A DNA stretch of 64,000 bases. Origin: a virus. Shown here one piece after another: positions 38,990 to 48,831 of the stretch. How positions within the stretch are numbered: position 1 is the stretch's first letter; each line of letters opens with the position of its first letter. The stretch lies in the IMG/VR virus record IMGVR_UViG_3300024348_000004. One strand, written 5' to 3'. A program made the translations under genes and the position numbers. The notes below the pieces were generated by a model. That model made no database searches. It was not told where the DNA came from and saw only the letters and a program-made list of their open reading frames with translations.

Positions 38990-40216
38990 ATGACTGATAC
39001 AAAAAGAACTTACGACAGAAGCGAGTCGATAACAGTGGCGGGAAAACCGTTTCACTATACGCCTGATAGGAAAGAATTCCTAGAAACGTTGACCAAGACG
39101 TACCCTAATAAAACTTCCTTTACGAAGGAAGAGATTAATAACACTGGTCACTTCCCATATTGGATTAAATCTGCAAGGTATAATTTCAAACAGGGTGTTG
39201 GTATCTTCAATCTTGAGGCTGCTATCAGTGGTTACAATGGTGGGTATGAACCCGAAGTTGTTACACCAAAAGTTATTCCGATTCCTGCTCAACCTGTTGC
39301 AAGTAACATGCCTGTTGCTGCTCAAACTGAGAGTGTGAATCTTATGTCGGATGCAAAAATAATTCCCGAGAAGATGGACAATTATGTTCCATTCGGACAC
39401 TTCAGAGATGTTAAGAACATCATCAAATCTAAAATCTTCTTTCCAGTATTTGTTACTGGTCTGAGTGGTAACGGTAAAACACTTATGATTGAACAAGTGT
39501 GTGCCCAACTGAATAGAGAACTCTACAGGGTTAACGTTACAATCGAAACCGATGAAGATGATTTAATGGGTGGTCACACTCTAGTCAATGGTAACATTGT
39601 CTACAGGGAAGGGCCAGTTATCAAAGCAATGAGAAAAGGTGCTGTCCTTCTTCTTGATGAAGTTGACTTGGGTTCAAACAAGTTGATGTGTCTACAATCA
39701 GTTCTTGAAGGTAAAGGATACCTAATCAAGAAAACTGGTGAGTGGGTTGCACCTAAAAAAGGTTTCACTATTCTTGCTACTGCAAACACGAAAGGTCAAG
39801 GGTCAGACGATGGTAAATTCATCGGGACTCAAATCATGAATGAGGCGATGCTTGAAAGATTTGCAATTACCATGCAACAAGAATATCCGCCAGTGGTTAC
39901 TGAAAGAAAAATTCTTGAAATGGAAATGGCATTGACTGGTGAAGTTGATTCAGAGTTCACAACCAAACTGGTTGACTGGGCAGACATTATCAGAAAGACC
40001 TACTATGAAGGTGCTATTGATGATGTTATCACAACAAGAAGACTTGTTCACATCGTCAATGCATTCAGAATGTTCAATGACAAACTGAAGTGTATCACAA
40101 TGTGTATCTCAAGGTTTGATGAAGAGACTAGGAATAGTATTCTCGACCTCTACTCCAAGATTGATGCTGGAGTGGACTTGAATGCAGAAAACTCTATTGA
40201 CGAAATGGAAGACTAG
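38990..40216 (+). CDS. cobS: CobS-like (MoxR family) AAA+ ATPase
   Basis: GLSGNGKT, LLLDEVD, ATANTKGQG, NEAMLERF. Confidence 0.88.
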   Translation: MTDTKRTYDRSESITVAGKPFHYTPDRKEFLETLTKTYPNKTSFTKEEINNTGHFPYWIKSARYNFKQGVGIFNLEAAISGYNGGYEPEVVTPKVIPIPAQPVASNMPVAAQTESVNLMSDAKIIPEKMDNYVPFGHFRDVKNIIKSKIFFPVFVTGLSGNGKTLMIEQVCAQLNRELYRVNVTIETDEDDLMGGHTLVNGNIVYREGPVIKAMRKGAVLLLDEVDLGSNKLMCLQSVLEGKGYLIKKTGEWVAPKKGFTILATANTKGQGSDDGKFIGTQIMNEAMLERFAITMQQEYPPVVTERKILEMEMALTGEVDSEFTTKLVDWADIIRKTYYEGAIDDVITTRRLVHIVNAFRMFNDKLKCITMCISRFDEETRNSILDLYSKIDAGVDLNAENSIDEMED

Positions 40217-40231
40217 GAGTATACTAGTATC

Positions 40232-40516
40232 ATGTCAAACAAAATAGAATACAAATACAATGAGAAGAAACTCCTTTCGGAGTTCTCTTCTTATGTAGAT
40301 GCCACATATGGTGCTCACTACTCTAAAGATAAGTTTCAGGCGACTGAGTTTATTATGGACGGTGGTCACGGTGAGGGATTTTGTATCGGTAACGTGATGA
40401 AATATGCACAACGATACGGTAAGAAGGATGGTTATAATCGTGCTGACCTTCTCAAGGTAATCCATTATGGATTCCTTGCATTGTACAACCACGATGTTTA
40501 TAAGGAGACTAAGTAG
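40232..40516 (+). CDS. DUF3310-like protein
   Basis: HY...GEGFCIGNVMKYAQRYGKK...DLLK. Confidence 0.7.
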   Translation: MSNKIEYKYNEKKLLSEFSSYVDATYGAHYSKDKFQATEFIMDGGHGEGFCIGNVMKYAQRYGKKDGYNRADLLKVIHYGFLALYNHDVYKETK

Positions 40517-41184
40517 TGATGAAAATTAGTGATGACACGAGGAATGTCTTAAAAAATTTCTCAACAATAAACCAAGGTATTAAAGTCAGTGAGGGCAACC
40601 AACTGAAAACAATATCGAATATGAAAAACATTCTTGCAGTTGCAACTGTATCTGAGGAATTTCCTCAAGATTTCAGTATCTACAATCTGCCAGAGTTCTT
40701 AGGTGCAACCAGTTTACTGGAAGACCCCGACTTTCAGTTCAATGATTCTTCTTTGAGTATTGCAGATAGCAATTCTTCAATGAATTATTTCTTTGCAAGT
40801 GAAGGTATGGTGGTAACGCCAGATAAAATGATTACAATGCCTGAGTCAGAAGTATCATTTGATGTGTCTTCAACACTGTTGAATGACCTTAACAAGGCTG
40901 CAAGTGTTCTAGGTGTAGGTGATTTGATTTTAAAATCAGATGGTACTACTATGACCTTAGAAGTTACAGACAAAAAGAATGACACTTCAAACACATTCAG
41001 CAGAGTTGTTGGAACTGGAAACGGTGTGTCTTTCGTAATGAACTTTAAGATTGAAAACTTGAAAGTGCTAGAGGGAAACTATTCAGTTTCAGTATCTTCA
41101 AAAGGTATCTCTAACTTCAAGAATAAAGATATTGATTTGGAGTACTTTATCGCATTAGAACCCGATTCAAAATATGATATTTAA
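40516..41184 (+). CDS. gp45: Sliding clamp gp45
   Basis: LKNFSTINQ, IYNLPEFL, YFIALEPDS. Confidence 0.93.
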   Translation: MMKISDDTRNVLKNFSTINQGIKVSEGNQLKTISNMKNILAVATVSEEFPQDFSIYNLPEFLGATSLLEDPDFQFNDSSLSIADSNSSMNYFFASEGMVVTPDKMITMPESEVSFDVSSTLLNDLNKAASVLGVGDLILKSDGTTMTLEVTDKKNDTSNTFSRVVGTGNGVSFVMNFKIENLKVLEGNYSVSVSSKGISNFKNKDIDLEYFIALEPDSKYDI

Positions 41185-41301
41185 CCTATATATTAGTGTG
41201 AGTATTGTACTAGTCTCTACAATTATCACGGGAGTAATTCAATCTCATCAATCTTCAAGGGTGAATTACACTGTGGACTCGGCGGGGAGTTCATCTCTAT
41301 T

Positions 41302-42243
41302 ATGAAAGAAGAATTTTTATACGTGGAAAAGTATCGACCTCAAACAATTGAGGATACGATACTTCCCAAGCATCTAAAAGATACATTCAAAAAATTCGTT
41401 CAAGAAGGCGAGATACCTAACTTATTACTTTGTGGTTCTGCTGGTGTTGGTAAAACAACAGTTGCAAAAGCACTGTGTAATGAGATGGGTGCCGACTTCA
41501 TTGTAATCAATGGTTCGGACGAGGGTAGATTGATTGATACCCTAAGAACTAAGATTAAAAACTTTGCATCTACAATGTCACTTAGTGGTGGTTCAAAGGT
41601 GGTGATACTAGACGAGGCAGATTATATTTCTGCTGACTCAGTTCAACCTGCTTTGAGAAACTTTATAGAAGAGTTCTCTTCTAATTGTAGATTCATCTTT
41701 ACTTGTAACTACAAGAACAGAATTATTGCACCACTACATTCTAGAACAACAGTGATTGATTTTTCAATCAAACCTTCAGAGAAACCTCAACTTGCTCAAG
41801 ACTTTATGAAAAGGTTGATGGGTATATGTACAACCGAGGGAATCGAATACGAACCAAAAGTTCTTGCTGAACTGGTTATGAAGTTCTTCCCCGACTTCAG
41901 AAGGTGTCTGAATGAAGTGCAACGATATGGTATTGGTGGTGTCATTGACACTGGACTTCTATCTACACTTAGTGAAGAGAAGTTAACACCTCTTATTGAT
42001 ATGATTAAAGAAAAGAACTGGAGCAGTATGCGAAAGTGGGTTGGTCAAAACTCAGACAATGACTTCAACACATTGTATAGAAAAGTGTTTGATTCATTAG
42101 AGAATCGACTCGCACCATCTTCAATCCCAGCATGTGTTCTTATTATTGCGGACTATCAATACAAGTCTGCTTTTGCTATGGACAATGAGATTAACTTTGT
42201 TGCATGTCTAACAGAGATTATGACAGAGTGTAAATTTAAATAA
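41302..42243 (+). CDS. gp44: Clamp loader ATPase gp44
   Basis: EKYRP, GSAGVGKT, DEADY, PLHSR. Confidence 0.95.
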   Translation: MKEEFLYVEKYRPQTIEDTILPKHLKDTFKKFVQEGEIPNLLLCGSAGVGKTTVAKALCNEMGADFIVINGSDEGRLIDTLRTKIKNFASTMSLSGGSKVVILDEADYISADSVQPALRNFIEEFSSNCRFIFTCNYKNRIIAPLHSRTTVIDFSIKPSEKPQLAQDFMKRLMGICTTEGIEYEPKVLAELVMKFFPDFRRCLNEVQRYGIGGVIDTGLLSTLSEEKLTPLIDMIKEKNWSSMRKWVGQNSDNDFNTLYRKVFDSLENRLAPSSIPACVLIIADYQYKSAFAMDNEINFVACLTEIMTECKFK

Positions 42244-42425
42244 TGGCAATATCAGATGAAATGAGAGAACAACTTGAAATGGTTATCCAATACGGTGACC
42301 AAGTAAAGGCAATGTTCAAAGAACAAGATGACGTTGACTATGAGATTAGTGACTACGATGAACCTATCACACAACTGTTAGGTCATATGAATGAAGTAAT
42401 GGAAACCATTGACGGTGGTTGGTAG
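42243..42425 (+). CDS. Small acidic hypothetical protein
   Basis: ORF track. Confidence 0.55.
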   Translation: MAISDEMREQLEMVIQYGDQVKAMFKEQDDVDYEISDYDEPITQLLGHMNEVMETIDGGW

Positions 42426-42525
42426 TGGGTAAGTTAAGACAATGGTTTAGAAACTGGTTTGATAATCAAGTTGAAAAATCATGGCAAAGAAAAGCAAACA
42501 GAATGTTTGAAAAAGGGAGAAAAAA

Positions 42526-42795
42526 ATGACACAATATGATGAATCAGTCCAACGACAAAGAGATATGATTGATGCTGAAGAGTGGTCATCCAAAATCAAA
42601 TCTATCCATGCACACTCATTCGATTCAATGCACTATGACACTAGACCCGAAGACACTGCAGATGGTAAGTCTGTGACAGACCATGAGTTCAATTCAGGCA
42701 TTGTTAAACGATATCAGAATGGAAAACTAATCCATACCTTCGGGAAAGAACTCAAAGGTGAAGAACTTCTTCGTGCCTTTGTAAGAAACCAATAA
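42526..42795 (+). CDS. Hypothetical protein
   Basis: GGGAG RBS. Confidence 0.6.
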   Translation: MTQYDESVQRQRDMIDAEEWSSKIKSIHAHSFDSMHYDTRPEDTADGKSVTDHEFNSGIVKRYQNGKLIHTFGKELKGEELLRAFVRNQ

Positions 42796-43188
42796 GTGTC
42801 AAAACAAAATCCATTTGACTTCGTAAAGTCCGTATCTCATGATAAGAAAGATATCATGCCAGATGATGTGTCCGAGAAATCATATGCACCCTTTTTAACC
42901 AACAAAGCATTATCTTATCACCAAGATTCGCTTTTTTTCGCTAATGAGATGAACACTAGACACGGTACAGAAAACCGTCTTCAATATGTGTTTTTACTAA
43001 ATACTCTTAGGAAACGACAAAGATTCTCACAATGGCAGAAACCATCTGTAAGTGTCAAAATCGATACTGTTAAGGAGTATTACGGAGTAAGTACAAAAGT
43101 AGCTAAAGATTACATAAATGTACTAACCGAATCTCAATATAGACAATTGAAAAAAAGAATGAAAACTGGTGGTAAACATGATGACTGA
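42796..43188 (+). CDS. gp62: Clamp loader small subunit gp62
   Basis: YAPFLTNKALS, ANEMN, LRKRQRFSQW, VKEYYG. Confidence 0.9.
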   Translation: MSKQNPFDFVKSVSHDKKDIMPDDVSEKSYAPFLTNKALSYHQDSLFFANEMNTRHGTENRLQYVFLLNTLRKRQRFSQWQKPSVSVKIDTVKEYYGVSTKVAKDYINVLTESQYRQLKKRMKTGGKHDD

Positions 43189-43591
43189 AAAAGATTATTT
43201 AATAATCTCATCTCTCGTTGAAATAACATTTGAAGAAAAGGACGACTTCCTAAAGATTAGGGAAACGTTGTCACGTATAGGTATTGCATCACGAAGAGAG
43301 AAAGAACTATTCCAGTCGTGCCACATCCTACACAAAAGAGGAAAGTACTACATAGTACACTTCAAAGAATTGTTTCAGTTAGATGGGAAACAAACATCCA
43401 TATCAGAGAGTGATATCTCACGTAGAAACACTATCTGTAAACTATTGGAACAATGGAAGTTGATAACGGTCTTAGACCAATCTAAGATTACACTACAAGC
43501 TCCACTATCACAAATTAAAATCATCCCATATAAAGAGAAAACTGAGTGGAAATTGACCACTAAATACACTATTGGGACGACAAATACCTAA
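43178..43591 (+). CDS. regA: Translational repressor RegA
   Basis: DFLKIRETLSRIG, QSCHILHKRGKYYIVHFKELF. Confidence 0.95.
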   Translation: MMTEKDYLIISSLVEITFEEKDDFLKIRETLSRIGIASRREKELFQSCHILHKRGKYYIVHFKELFQLDGKQTSISESDISRRNTICKLLEQWKLITVLDQSKITLQAPLSQIKIIPYKEKTEWKLTTKYTIGTTNT

Positions 43592-43624
43592 ATACCTCCT
43601 GTAATAACTTAATAGGAGAATTTT

Positions 43625-43798
43625 ATGTTAGAATTTCTACAATGGGTTATAGCATGGGTACAAGTGATTCCTTGGTTAGTAATGGGCGCATCCCTAATTG
43701 CAGCTCTTACACCAACACCAGTCGATGATGGATTGGTAAAAAAAGTATATAAATTGTTAGACTGGTGTGCTTTAAACATCGGCAAAGCAAAAGACTAA
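43625..43798 (+). CDS. Small membrane protein (holin-like)
   Basis: MLEFLQWVIAW...ASLIAALTPTPVDD...ALNIGKAKD; AGGAG RBS. Confidence 0.55.
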   Translation: MLEFLQWVIAWVQVIPWLVMGASLIAALTPTPVDDGLVKKVYKLLDWCALNIGKAKD

Positions 43799-43827
43799 AT
43801 AAAAAAACGTAACAGTAGGAGTATATT

Positions 43828-44037
43828 ATGTTTATTTTAGAATGGTTGAAATCATTATTCAACACATCAAAAGCAGTAGAACCAAAAAAGGTAGTAGAAA
43901 AGTCTAAGACCTCAGTTGCAGAGTTAAAAAAACTTACAAAGCAACAACTATTTGACCTTGCCGATAAGAAAGGCATTAAGGTTAAGAAGAGTGGTACTAA
44001 AGCAGAAGTGGTAAAGCAGATTAGTTCTGCTAAATAA
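43828..44037 (+). CDS. Small basic protein, Rho-N/HeH-like motif
   Basis: ELKKLTKQQLFDLADKKGIKV...TKAEVV. Confidence 0.6.
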   Translation: MFILEWLKSLFNTSKAVEPKKVVEKSKTSVAELKKLTKQQLFDLADKKGIKVKKSGTKAEVVKQISSAK

Positions 44038-44061
44038 CCTATTTGTCTTTCGTCAAATTTG

Positions 44062-44086
44062 AAGGGAGCTTATGCTCCCTTTTTTT
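44062..44086 (+). terminator. Intrinsic terminator
   Basis: AAGGGAGC-TTAT-GCTCCCTT followed by a T run. Confidence 0.85.
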
Positions 44087-44106
44087 GTACGCTAAGAAGG
44101 TATTTG

Positions 44107-44114
44107 TATAAATA
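44107..44114 (+). promoter_or_regulatory. Late promoter TATAAATA heading the curli-like cluster
   Basis: Exact consensus 5 nt before ATG 44120. Confidence 0.75.
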
Positions 44115-44119
44115 AAGGC

Positions 44120-44416
44120 ATGGAAGAGATATTTAATCTTATTGCGGACGTGGGAGCGCCTATAGCAGGTTCAATTGTTATGGGGTTCTTCATCTTTATA
44201 GTTATCAAACAGATACTTGAAGGTATCGTGGAAAACATAAAGACGTTAACAATCTTCTGTAAGAGTTTAGAAAATCGTGCTAGAACCATGTCAAATGAGA
44301 TGGTTAAAATAGATTTGTTAGTGTCGGCAGCTTTAGATTTAAGACCCGACATAGACAGAGTTGCACGTGCAGAGAACTTTATAGAGGACGGAAAGTTAGA
44401 TGTCCGAAGAGATTAA
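44120..44416 (+). CDS. Single-TM coiled-coil protein
   Basis: IADVGAPIA + TM. Confidence 0.65.
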   Translation: MEEIFNLIADVGAPIAGSIVMGFFIFIVIKQILEGIVENIKTLTIFCKSLENRARTMSNEMVKIDLLVSAALDLRPDIDRVARAENFIEDGKLDVRRD

Positions 44417-44417
44417 T

Positions 44418-44714
44418 ATGGATGTAGCACAACTGATTAATGATTTCGGGTTTCCCGTTGTCATGGCAGTAGGACTAGGTTACTTCATATATTATGTGTG
44501 GTGGTTCATCGGTGAAAAGATTGACCCACAAATTGAAGAAATGCATATGGCACTCATTAGAGTCATAGACCAAACTAGAATGCTTGACCAAGATATGATT
44601 AGGTTACAGCAAAAAGTTGATGTAGTGTTAGAGTATCGTGCTAGACAAGAGGTACTTGAAGATGCAGAAAAAGAGAAGGCCTTTGAAAAACAAAAGAAAA
44701 CTACTAAAGGGTAG
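44418..44714 (+). CDS. Single-TM coiled-coil protein, similar to the preceding gene
   Basis: INDFGFPVV + TM. Confidence 0.65.
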   Translation: MDVAQLINDFGFPVVMAVGLGYFIYYVWWFIGEKIDPQIEEMHMALIRVIDQTRMLDQDMIRLQQKVDVVLEYRARQEVLEDAEKEKAFEKQKKTTKG

Positions 44715-45552
44715 TTACGACTTATACATTATTAACGCTTGTAATTTACACTGCAAAGGATGTAGTGTATTAGATTATAAAGGTAGGGTTACAATAGGGC
44801 ATATGACCACTGAGGACATAAGTCAATTGATAACCAAGTTGGACAGTTTGGGTATTATACTTGAAGAACTCAAGATTTTAGGTGGAGAACCTACACTTCA
44901 TAAAGAGTTCAGTAGCATAATTGGTATGTTACTTGCATATAAAGGTGTGGTGTTCAAAAAGTTGACGGTGGTAACAAATGGATTACTGTTAAAACCTAAA
45001 GTGGTAGAGACACTTAAGTTAGTAGACCATGTTATCGTTTCGGTGTATCCGAACATGCCAGTAGACCAAGAGATGAGGAAATCGGGAATTGCAAATGAAA
45101 TTTCCGAAGAGACACTCTTAGAGTTTTGGCCACAAAGTTTGTTTGAACAATACGGTGTGGCAGAAACTAGAAGTGGGTTGGCACCCTCGGGAACTACTGC
45201 AGAGGAGAACTGGAATAACTGTTGGCAAAAAGATAACTGTTTGACATTGACTACCAAGGGTCTATATCATTGTACAATATCAATGAATGAAGACTCAGAT
45301 ATGCAAGAGTATACTACGGCAAAAGAGTTAGTAGAGTTTGTGGAACGTGGGAAACCTTTGGATATGTGTTCGAAGTGTCCATGGCCACCGAAGATGGGAA
45401 AATGGTCTTCGTTAAAACCTGAAATAGACTCTAAGAATTATATTAAAGGCGTGGAACTGATACACGCAATTGAGGTGGACAATGAGAAAGATATTAGCGG
45501 TAATGATAATGTGCTTCACGGTAAGCGCATACGGTACGGAGATAGTACATAA
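44662..45552 (+). CDS. Radical SAM protein
   Basis: CNLHCKGC, GGEPTLH, VTNG, C-terminal Cys cluster. Confidence 0.85.
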   Translation: MQKKRRPLKNKRKLLKGSYDLYIINACNLHCKGCSVLDYKGRVTIGHMTTEDISQLITKLDSLGIILEELKILGGEPTLHKEFSSIIGMLLAYKGVVFKKLTVVTNGLLLKPKVVETLKLVDHVIVSVYPNMPVDQEMRKSGIANEISEETLLEFWPQSLFEQYGVAETRSGLAPSGTTAEENWNNCWQKDNCLTLTTKGLYHCTISMNEDSDMQEYTTAKELVEFVERGKPLDMCSKCPWPPKMGKWSSLKPEIDSKNYIKGVELIHAIEVDNEKDISGNDNVLHGKRIRYGDST

Positions 45553-45970
45553 GTTTAAAAATCCGTCATTTAGTGGGCAGGGAACTGGTTCACACTATTT
45601 GACAATTGAAAACCAAGAGTCAAGTCGTAAAAAAGCGATAAAGGACTCTCTTGAGGCTGCTGCTAAAGCGGCAGAAAGGGCGGAAGAGAATACTACGCTA
45701 GCTAAATTTATAAGAAATTTAGAAAGCAGAATTTATGCTGAGATGTCAAAACAGTTAGTTGAAAATATGTTCAACAATGACAATCCAGTAAGATACGGTT
45801 CCTTTGTATTAGAAGGGTCAACTGTAACGTATGAAGTTATAACGAATGGAGATGGTACAGAGTTTATTAAAATGACCATCATAGATTCGAATGGAACAAC
45901 AACAGTTATCGAAATACCAATTGGTAGTGGTAATTTCGGGAGTGATGGCGATGCGAATTCTGGCGGTTAG
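45482..45970 (+). CDS. csgF: Curli assembly protein CsgF-like
   Basis: Signal peptide then EIVHKFKNPSFSG; adjacent to csgG. Confidence 0.8.
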   Translation: MRKILAVMIMCFTVSAYGTEIVHKFKNPSFSGQGTGSHYLTIENQESSRKKAIKDSLEAAAKAAERAEENTTLAKFIRNLESRIYAEMSKQLVENMFNNDNPVRYGSFVLEGSTVTYEVITNGDGTEFIKMTIIDSNGTTTVIEIPIGSGNFGSDGDANSGG

Positions 45971-46835
45971 TTTTTTACTAATACTTACAGGTTGTGCATC
46001 CATACCACAATGGTCAGATGTACCACAAGATTGTAATGATAAAGCAGGAAAATATGCTGAGGGTCTAGATAGACACTTGACTATGGGAATCCAAAAACAA
46101 TTAGCACGAAAATATATTTGTGTTGATGAACCCGAAAATGTAAGACTACCATCTTACATTCAGTTGTTGGAATTACCTGCTGCTGAAAGTCGACCAGTAG
46201 TTGCAGTATACGGATTTATAGACAAGACAGGACAAAGAAAAGCAAGAGAAGGAATAGCAGACTTCTCTACTGCAGTTACACAAGGTGGAACTGAAATGCT
46301 AATTGATGCACTTAAGACTGCTGGTGGTGGAACATGGTTCCGTGTAGTCGAGAGACAAGGATTAGATAACCTAGTAAGAGAGCGTCAAATTATTAGGTCT
46401 GCTAGAGAAGAGATTGGTAAAGAAGGTGTTGCACCACTTCTATTTGCTGGAATGCTTCTCGAAGGTGGTGTAATTGGTTATGATACAAATTTAGAATCAG
46501 GTGGACGAGGCGCACGTACACTTGGCATAGGTTTTAGTAAGCAGTATAGAAAGGATGCAATCACAGTTTCATTACGTGCAGTATCAGTTCTTACTGGTGA
46601 GGTTTTGTTAAACGTCCAAACAAGAAAGACTATCCTTTCTTATGGTTCTGGCGGAGACTTGTTTAGGTTTTATGAACAAGGAACTCAACTAGTAGAGTAC
46701 GAGGACGGTGTGGGTAATAATGAGTCAGTGACATACGCTACACGTACTGCTGTTGAAGCAGCCGTGTATGAGTTAATTATCCAAGGACACGATAGGGGTT
46801 TTTGGAGTATAGAAGGAAGAGAAAAATATGAATAA
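45945..46835 (+). CDS. csgG: Curli secretion channel CsgG-like lipoprotein
   Basis: LTGC lipobox; VAVYGFIDKTGQRK, STAVTQG, FRVVERQGLDNLVRERQIIR. Confidence 0.9.
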   Translation: MAMRILAVSFLLILTGCASIPQWSDVPQDCNDKAGKYAEGLDRHLTMGIQKQLARKYICVDEPENVRLPSYIQLLELPAAESRPVVAVYGFIDKTGQRKAREGIADFSTAVTQGGTEMLIDALKTAGGGTWFRVVERQGLDNLVRERQIIRSAREEIGKEGVAPLLFAGMLLEGGVIGYDTNLESGGRGARTLGIGFSKQYRKDAITVSLRAVSVLTGEVLLNVQTRKTILSYGSGGDLFRFYEQGTQLVEYEDGVGNNESVTYATRTAVEAAVYELIIQGHDRGFWSIEGREKYE

Positions 46836-47565
46836 ACTAAGAAGTTTAAGTATATTATGTATTTTGTGTGGATTCACAAACATGCTCTCAGCAGCAGCCT
46901 CTGACGATAACGAAATCAACATAAATCAAACTGGTGACACTTTGACGTTGTACATCGACCAAATAGGTTATGGTAACAAAATAGGACTTGATAACTTTGA
47001 CAGTAGTTCAAGTGCTATGCCAATTACTGGTGTGTCATTATCGTTCAATATAGACCAAATAGGTAATAGTAACCTTCTTTTTGGTAAGGTAACAGCTGAC
47101 AGTTCAACATATGTTTTAGAGTGGAATGGTAGCTCTAATGTTTGGGATTGGATGATTGGAGAAACAGGTTCATCTGATAGTTCTAACTATCTAGTTGATA
47201 TCACTGGAGATTCAAACACTATGGATTTAGACCAAGGTTCATTGGTTAGTGCGGACAGGTTAGATTTTGATTTAACAGTTTTGGGTAGTTCAAACGTATT
47301 TGATGTGGATATAGAAACAAATGATGTCACATGGAATATGGATATTACAGGTGCTTCTAATAATATTAATACATTGCAAAAGGATGCTAACTATCATTCT
47401 CTCACCATGGAGTTAAATGGTGACGGCGCAGATGTTGACATAAACCAACTAAGTGGTACATGTCCTACAGGTATTAACACTTGTAAGGGTATAATCACAT
47501 TAGATATTACTAGTGACAACTCAACCATACAGATTAATCAGAAAGACACAACTACTGATTCTTAA
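46828..47565 (+). CDS. Curlin-like beta-solenoid protein 1
   Basis: Signal peptide; repeats such as IDQIGNSN, ITGDSNTMDLDQ, ITGASNNINTLQ. Confidence 0.7.
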   Translation: MNKLRSLSILCILCGFTNMLSAAASDDNEININQTGDTLTLYIDQIGYGNKIGLDNFDSSSSAMPITGVSLSFNIDQIGNSNLLFGKVTADSSTYVLEWNGSSNVWDWMIGETGSSDSSNYLVDITGDSNTMDLDQGSLVSADRLDFDLTVLGSSNVFDVDIETNDVTWNMDITGASNNINTLQKDANYHSLTMELNGDGADVDINQLSGTCPTGINTCKGIITLDITSDNSTIQINQKDTTTDS

Positions 47566-48667
47566 TCTGATGCTCATTAGTGGGGTCGCATCTGCAGACC
47601 CCATTGGTGGTATTGTTGAGTCATTAGGTGTAGGGTCTATACTGAGAAACAATCAACCATTGGGTCATAATGTTGGGACAGATATAGTCCTGTACGATGA
47701 AGCGGTGACTGCTAAAGGTAGAATGTTAATTGAGTTTTTGGATAATGAGGAATTATCATTAACTGAAAATTCTAAAGTGTACATAGATGAAGTTTACTAT
47801 GACCCAAACCCATCGCTGTCTAAGATGTCATTACGTATGGCACAGGGTACAGCAAGATTCGCTTCGGGTGCTGGTACTAAGATAAAGAAAAAAAATATCT
47901 CGGTACAAACACCTACTGCACAAATTTCAATCAATGGTACAGATTTCACGACAACCGTGGATGAGCTCGGAAGGAGTCTCATAGTACTTTTGCCAGATGA
48001 CGATGGCATTTCTTCAGGTGAGATTATAGTTACAAATCAAGGCGGTTCTGTTACAATTAACCAAGCATATGAAGCGACAATGGTTAGTAGTATATCGACT
48101 GCACCATCACCATCAATCATAATACAAAACATCACTCCAGCAATTATTGACAATATGTTTATTGTTAGTCCGCCAAGAGAAATACAAGACCAAATTAATC
48201 AACAAGTTGAAGACGACCTAGATAAAGACAAAGGGGCTCTTGACCAAGATTTCTTAGCATTCGATGAATTGGAACAAGATGCACTAGAGAACACTCTTGC
48301 AGATTTAGATTACAATGCATTAGACATAGATTTTCTAGATGTTGATTTCTTGGTGGATTTACTAGATGTTGTTGAAGAACTTGTTAGGACAACAGCAAAA
48401 CTTGCTGATGCACAAAAACCTACAGGTGTAGCAAAGGGTGAGTTCACACTTGATGGTGGAACCTTTGGTAGGAACCCCGACAGTCAATACAATATCTTTC
48501 TAGAAGACGGTGGAATTGTTTTCTATAGAGATGTTGATGGAGTTATCAGTTTACGGTTCGCTGGTGGCTCTTCTGTGACATTAGAAACCTTCGTAGACGG
48601 TTATGAAGGAATCATTACCACCAATGGTGGTAGCGATAGTGTAGTTGTTATTAAACAAACGAACTAA
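47513..48667 (+). CDS. Secreted FecR-domain protein
   Basis: Signal peptide; LSLTENSKVYID, GTARF, VQTPTAQISINGTDF. Confidence 0.75.
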   Translation: MTTQPYRLIRKTQLLILNLMLISGVASADPIGGIVESLGVGSILRNNQPLGHNVGTDIVLYDEAVTAKGRMLIEFLDNEELSLTENSKVYIDEVYYDPNPSLSKMSLRMAQGTARFASGAGTKIKKKNISVQTPTAQISINGTDFTTTVDELGRSLIVLLPDDDGISSGEIIVTNQGGSVTINQAYEATMVSSISTAPSPSIIIQNITPAIIDNMFIVSPPREIQDQINQQVEDDLDKDKGALDQDFLAFDELEQDALENTLADLDYNALDIDFLDVDFLVDLLDVVEELVRTTAKLADAQKPTGVAKGEFTLDGGTFGRNPDSQYNIFLEDGGIVFYRDVDGVISLRFAGGSSVTLETFVDGYEGIITTNGGSDSVVVIKQTN

Positions 48668-48684
48668 ATAGTAAGAGGAAACAT

Positions 48685-48831
48685 ATGAACGTATTTAAAA
48701 AAGTTGTAAAATGGCATAAGACATGGACGTATCGCATACAAGACGCTTACGATATCGATGATTATGACCTAATATGGTTTTATTATTTTCAAGGAGTTGC
48801 TACGGTAATTATTTTACAATGGATTATATAA
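48685..48831 (+). CDS. Small hypothetical protein
   Basis: MNVFKKVVKWHK...; GAGG RBS, CTAAATA upstream. Confidence 0.55.
   Translation: MNVFKKVVKWHKTWTYRIQDAYDIDDYDLIWFYYFQGVATVIILQWII

Noticed and set aside
36141-40216. Cobalamin biosynthesis role for the CobS/CobT-like pair
   Set aside because: Common MoxR-vWA pair in marine T4-like phages; no cobN or other pathway genes here
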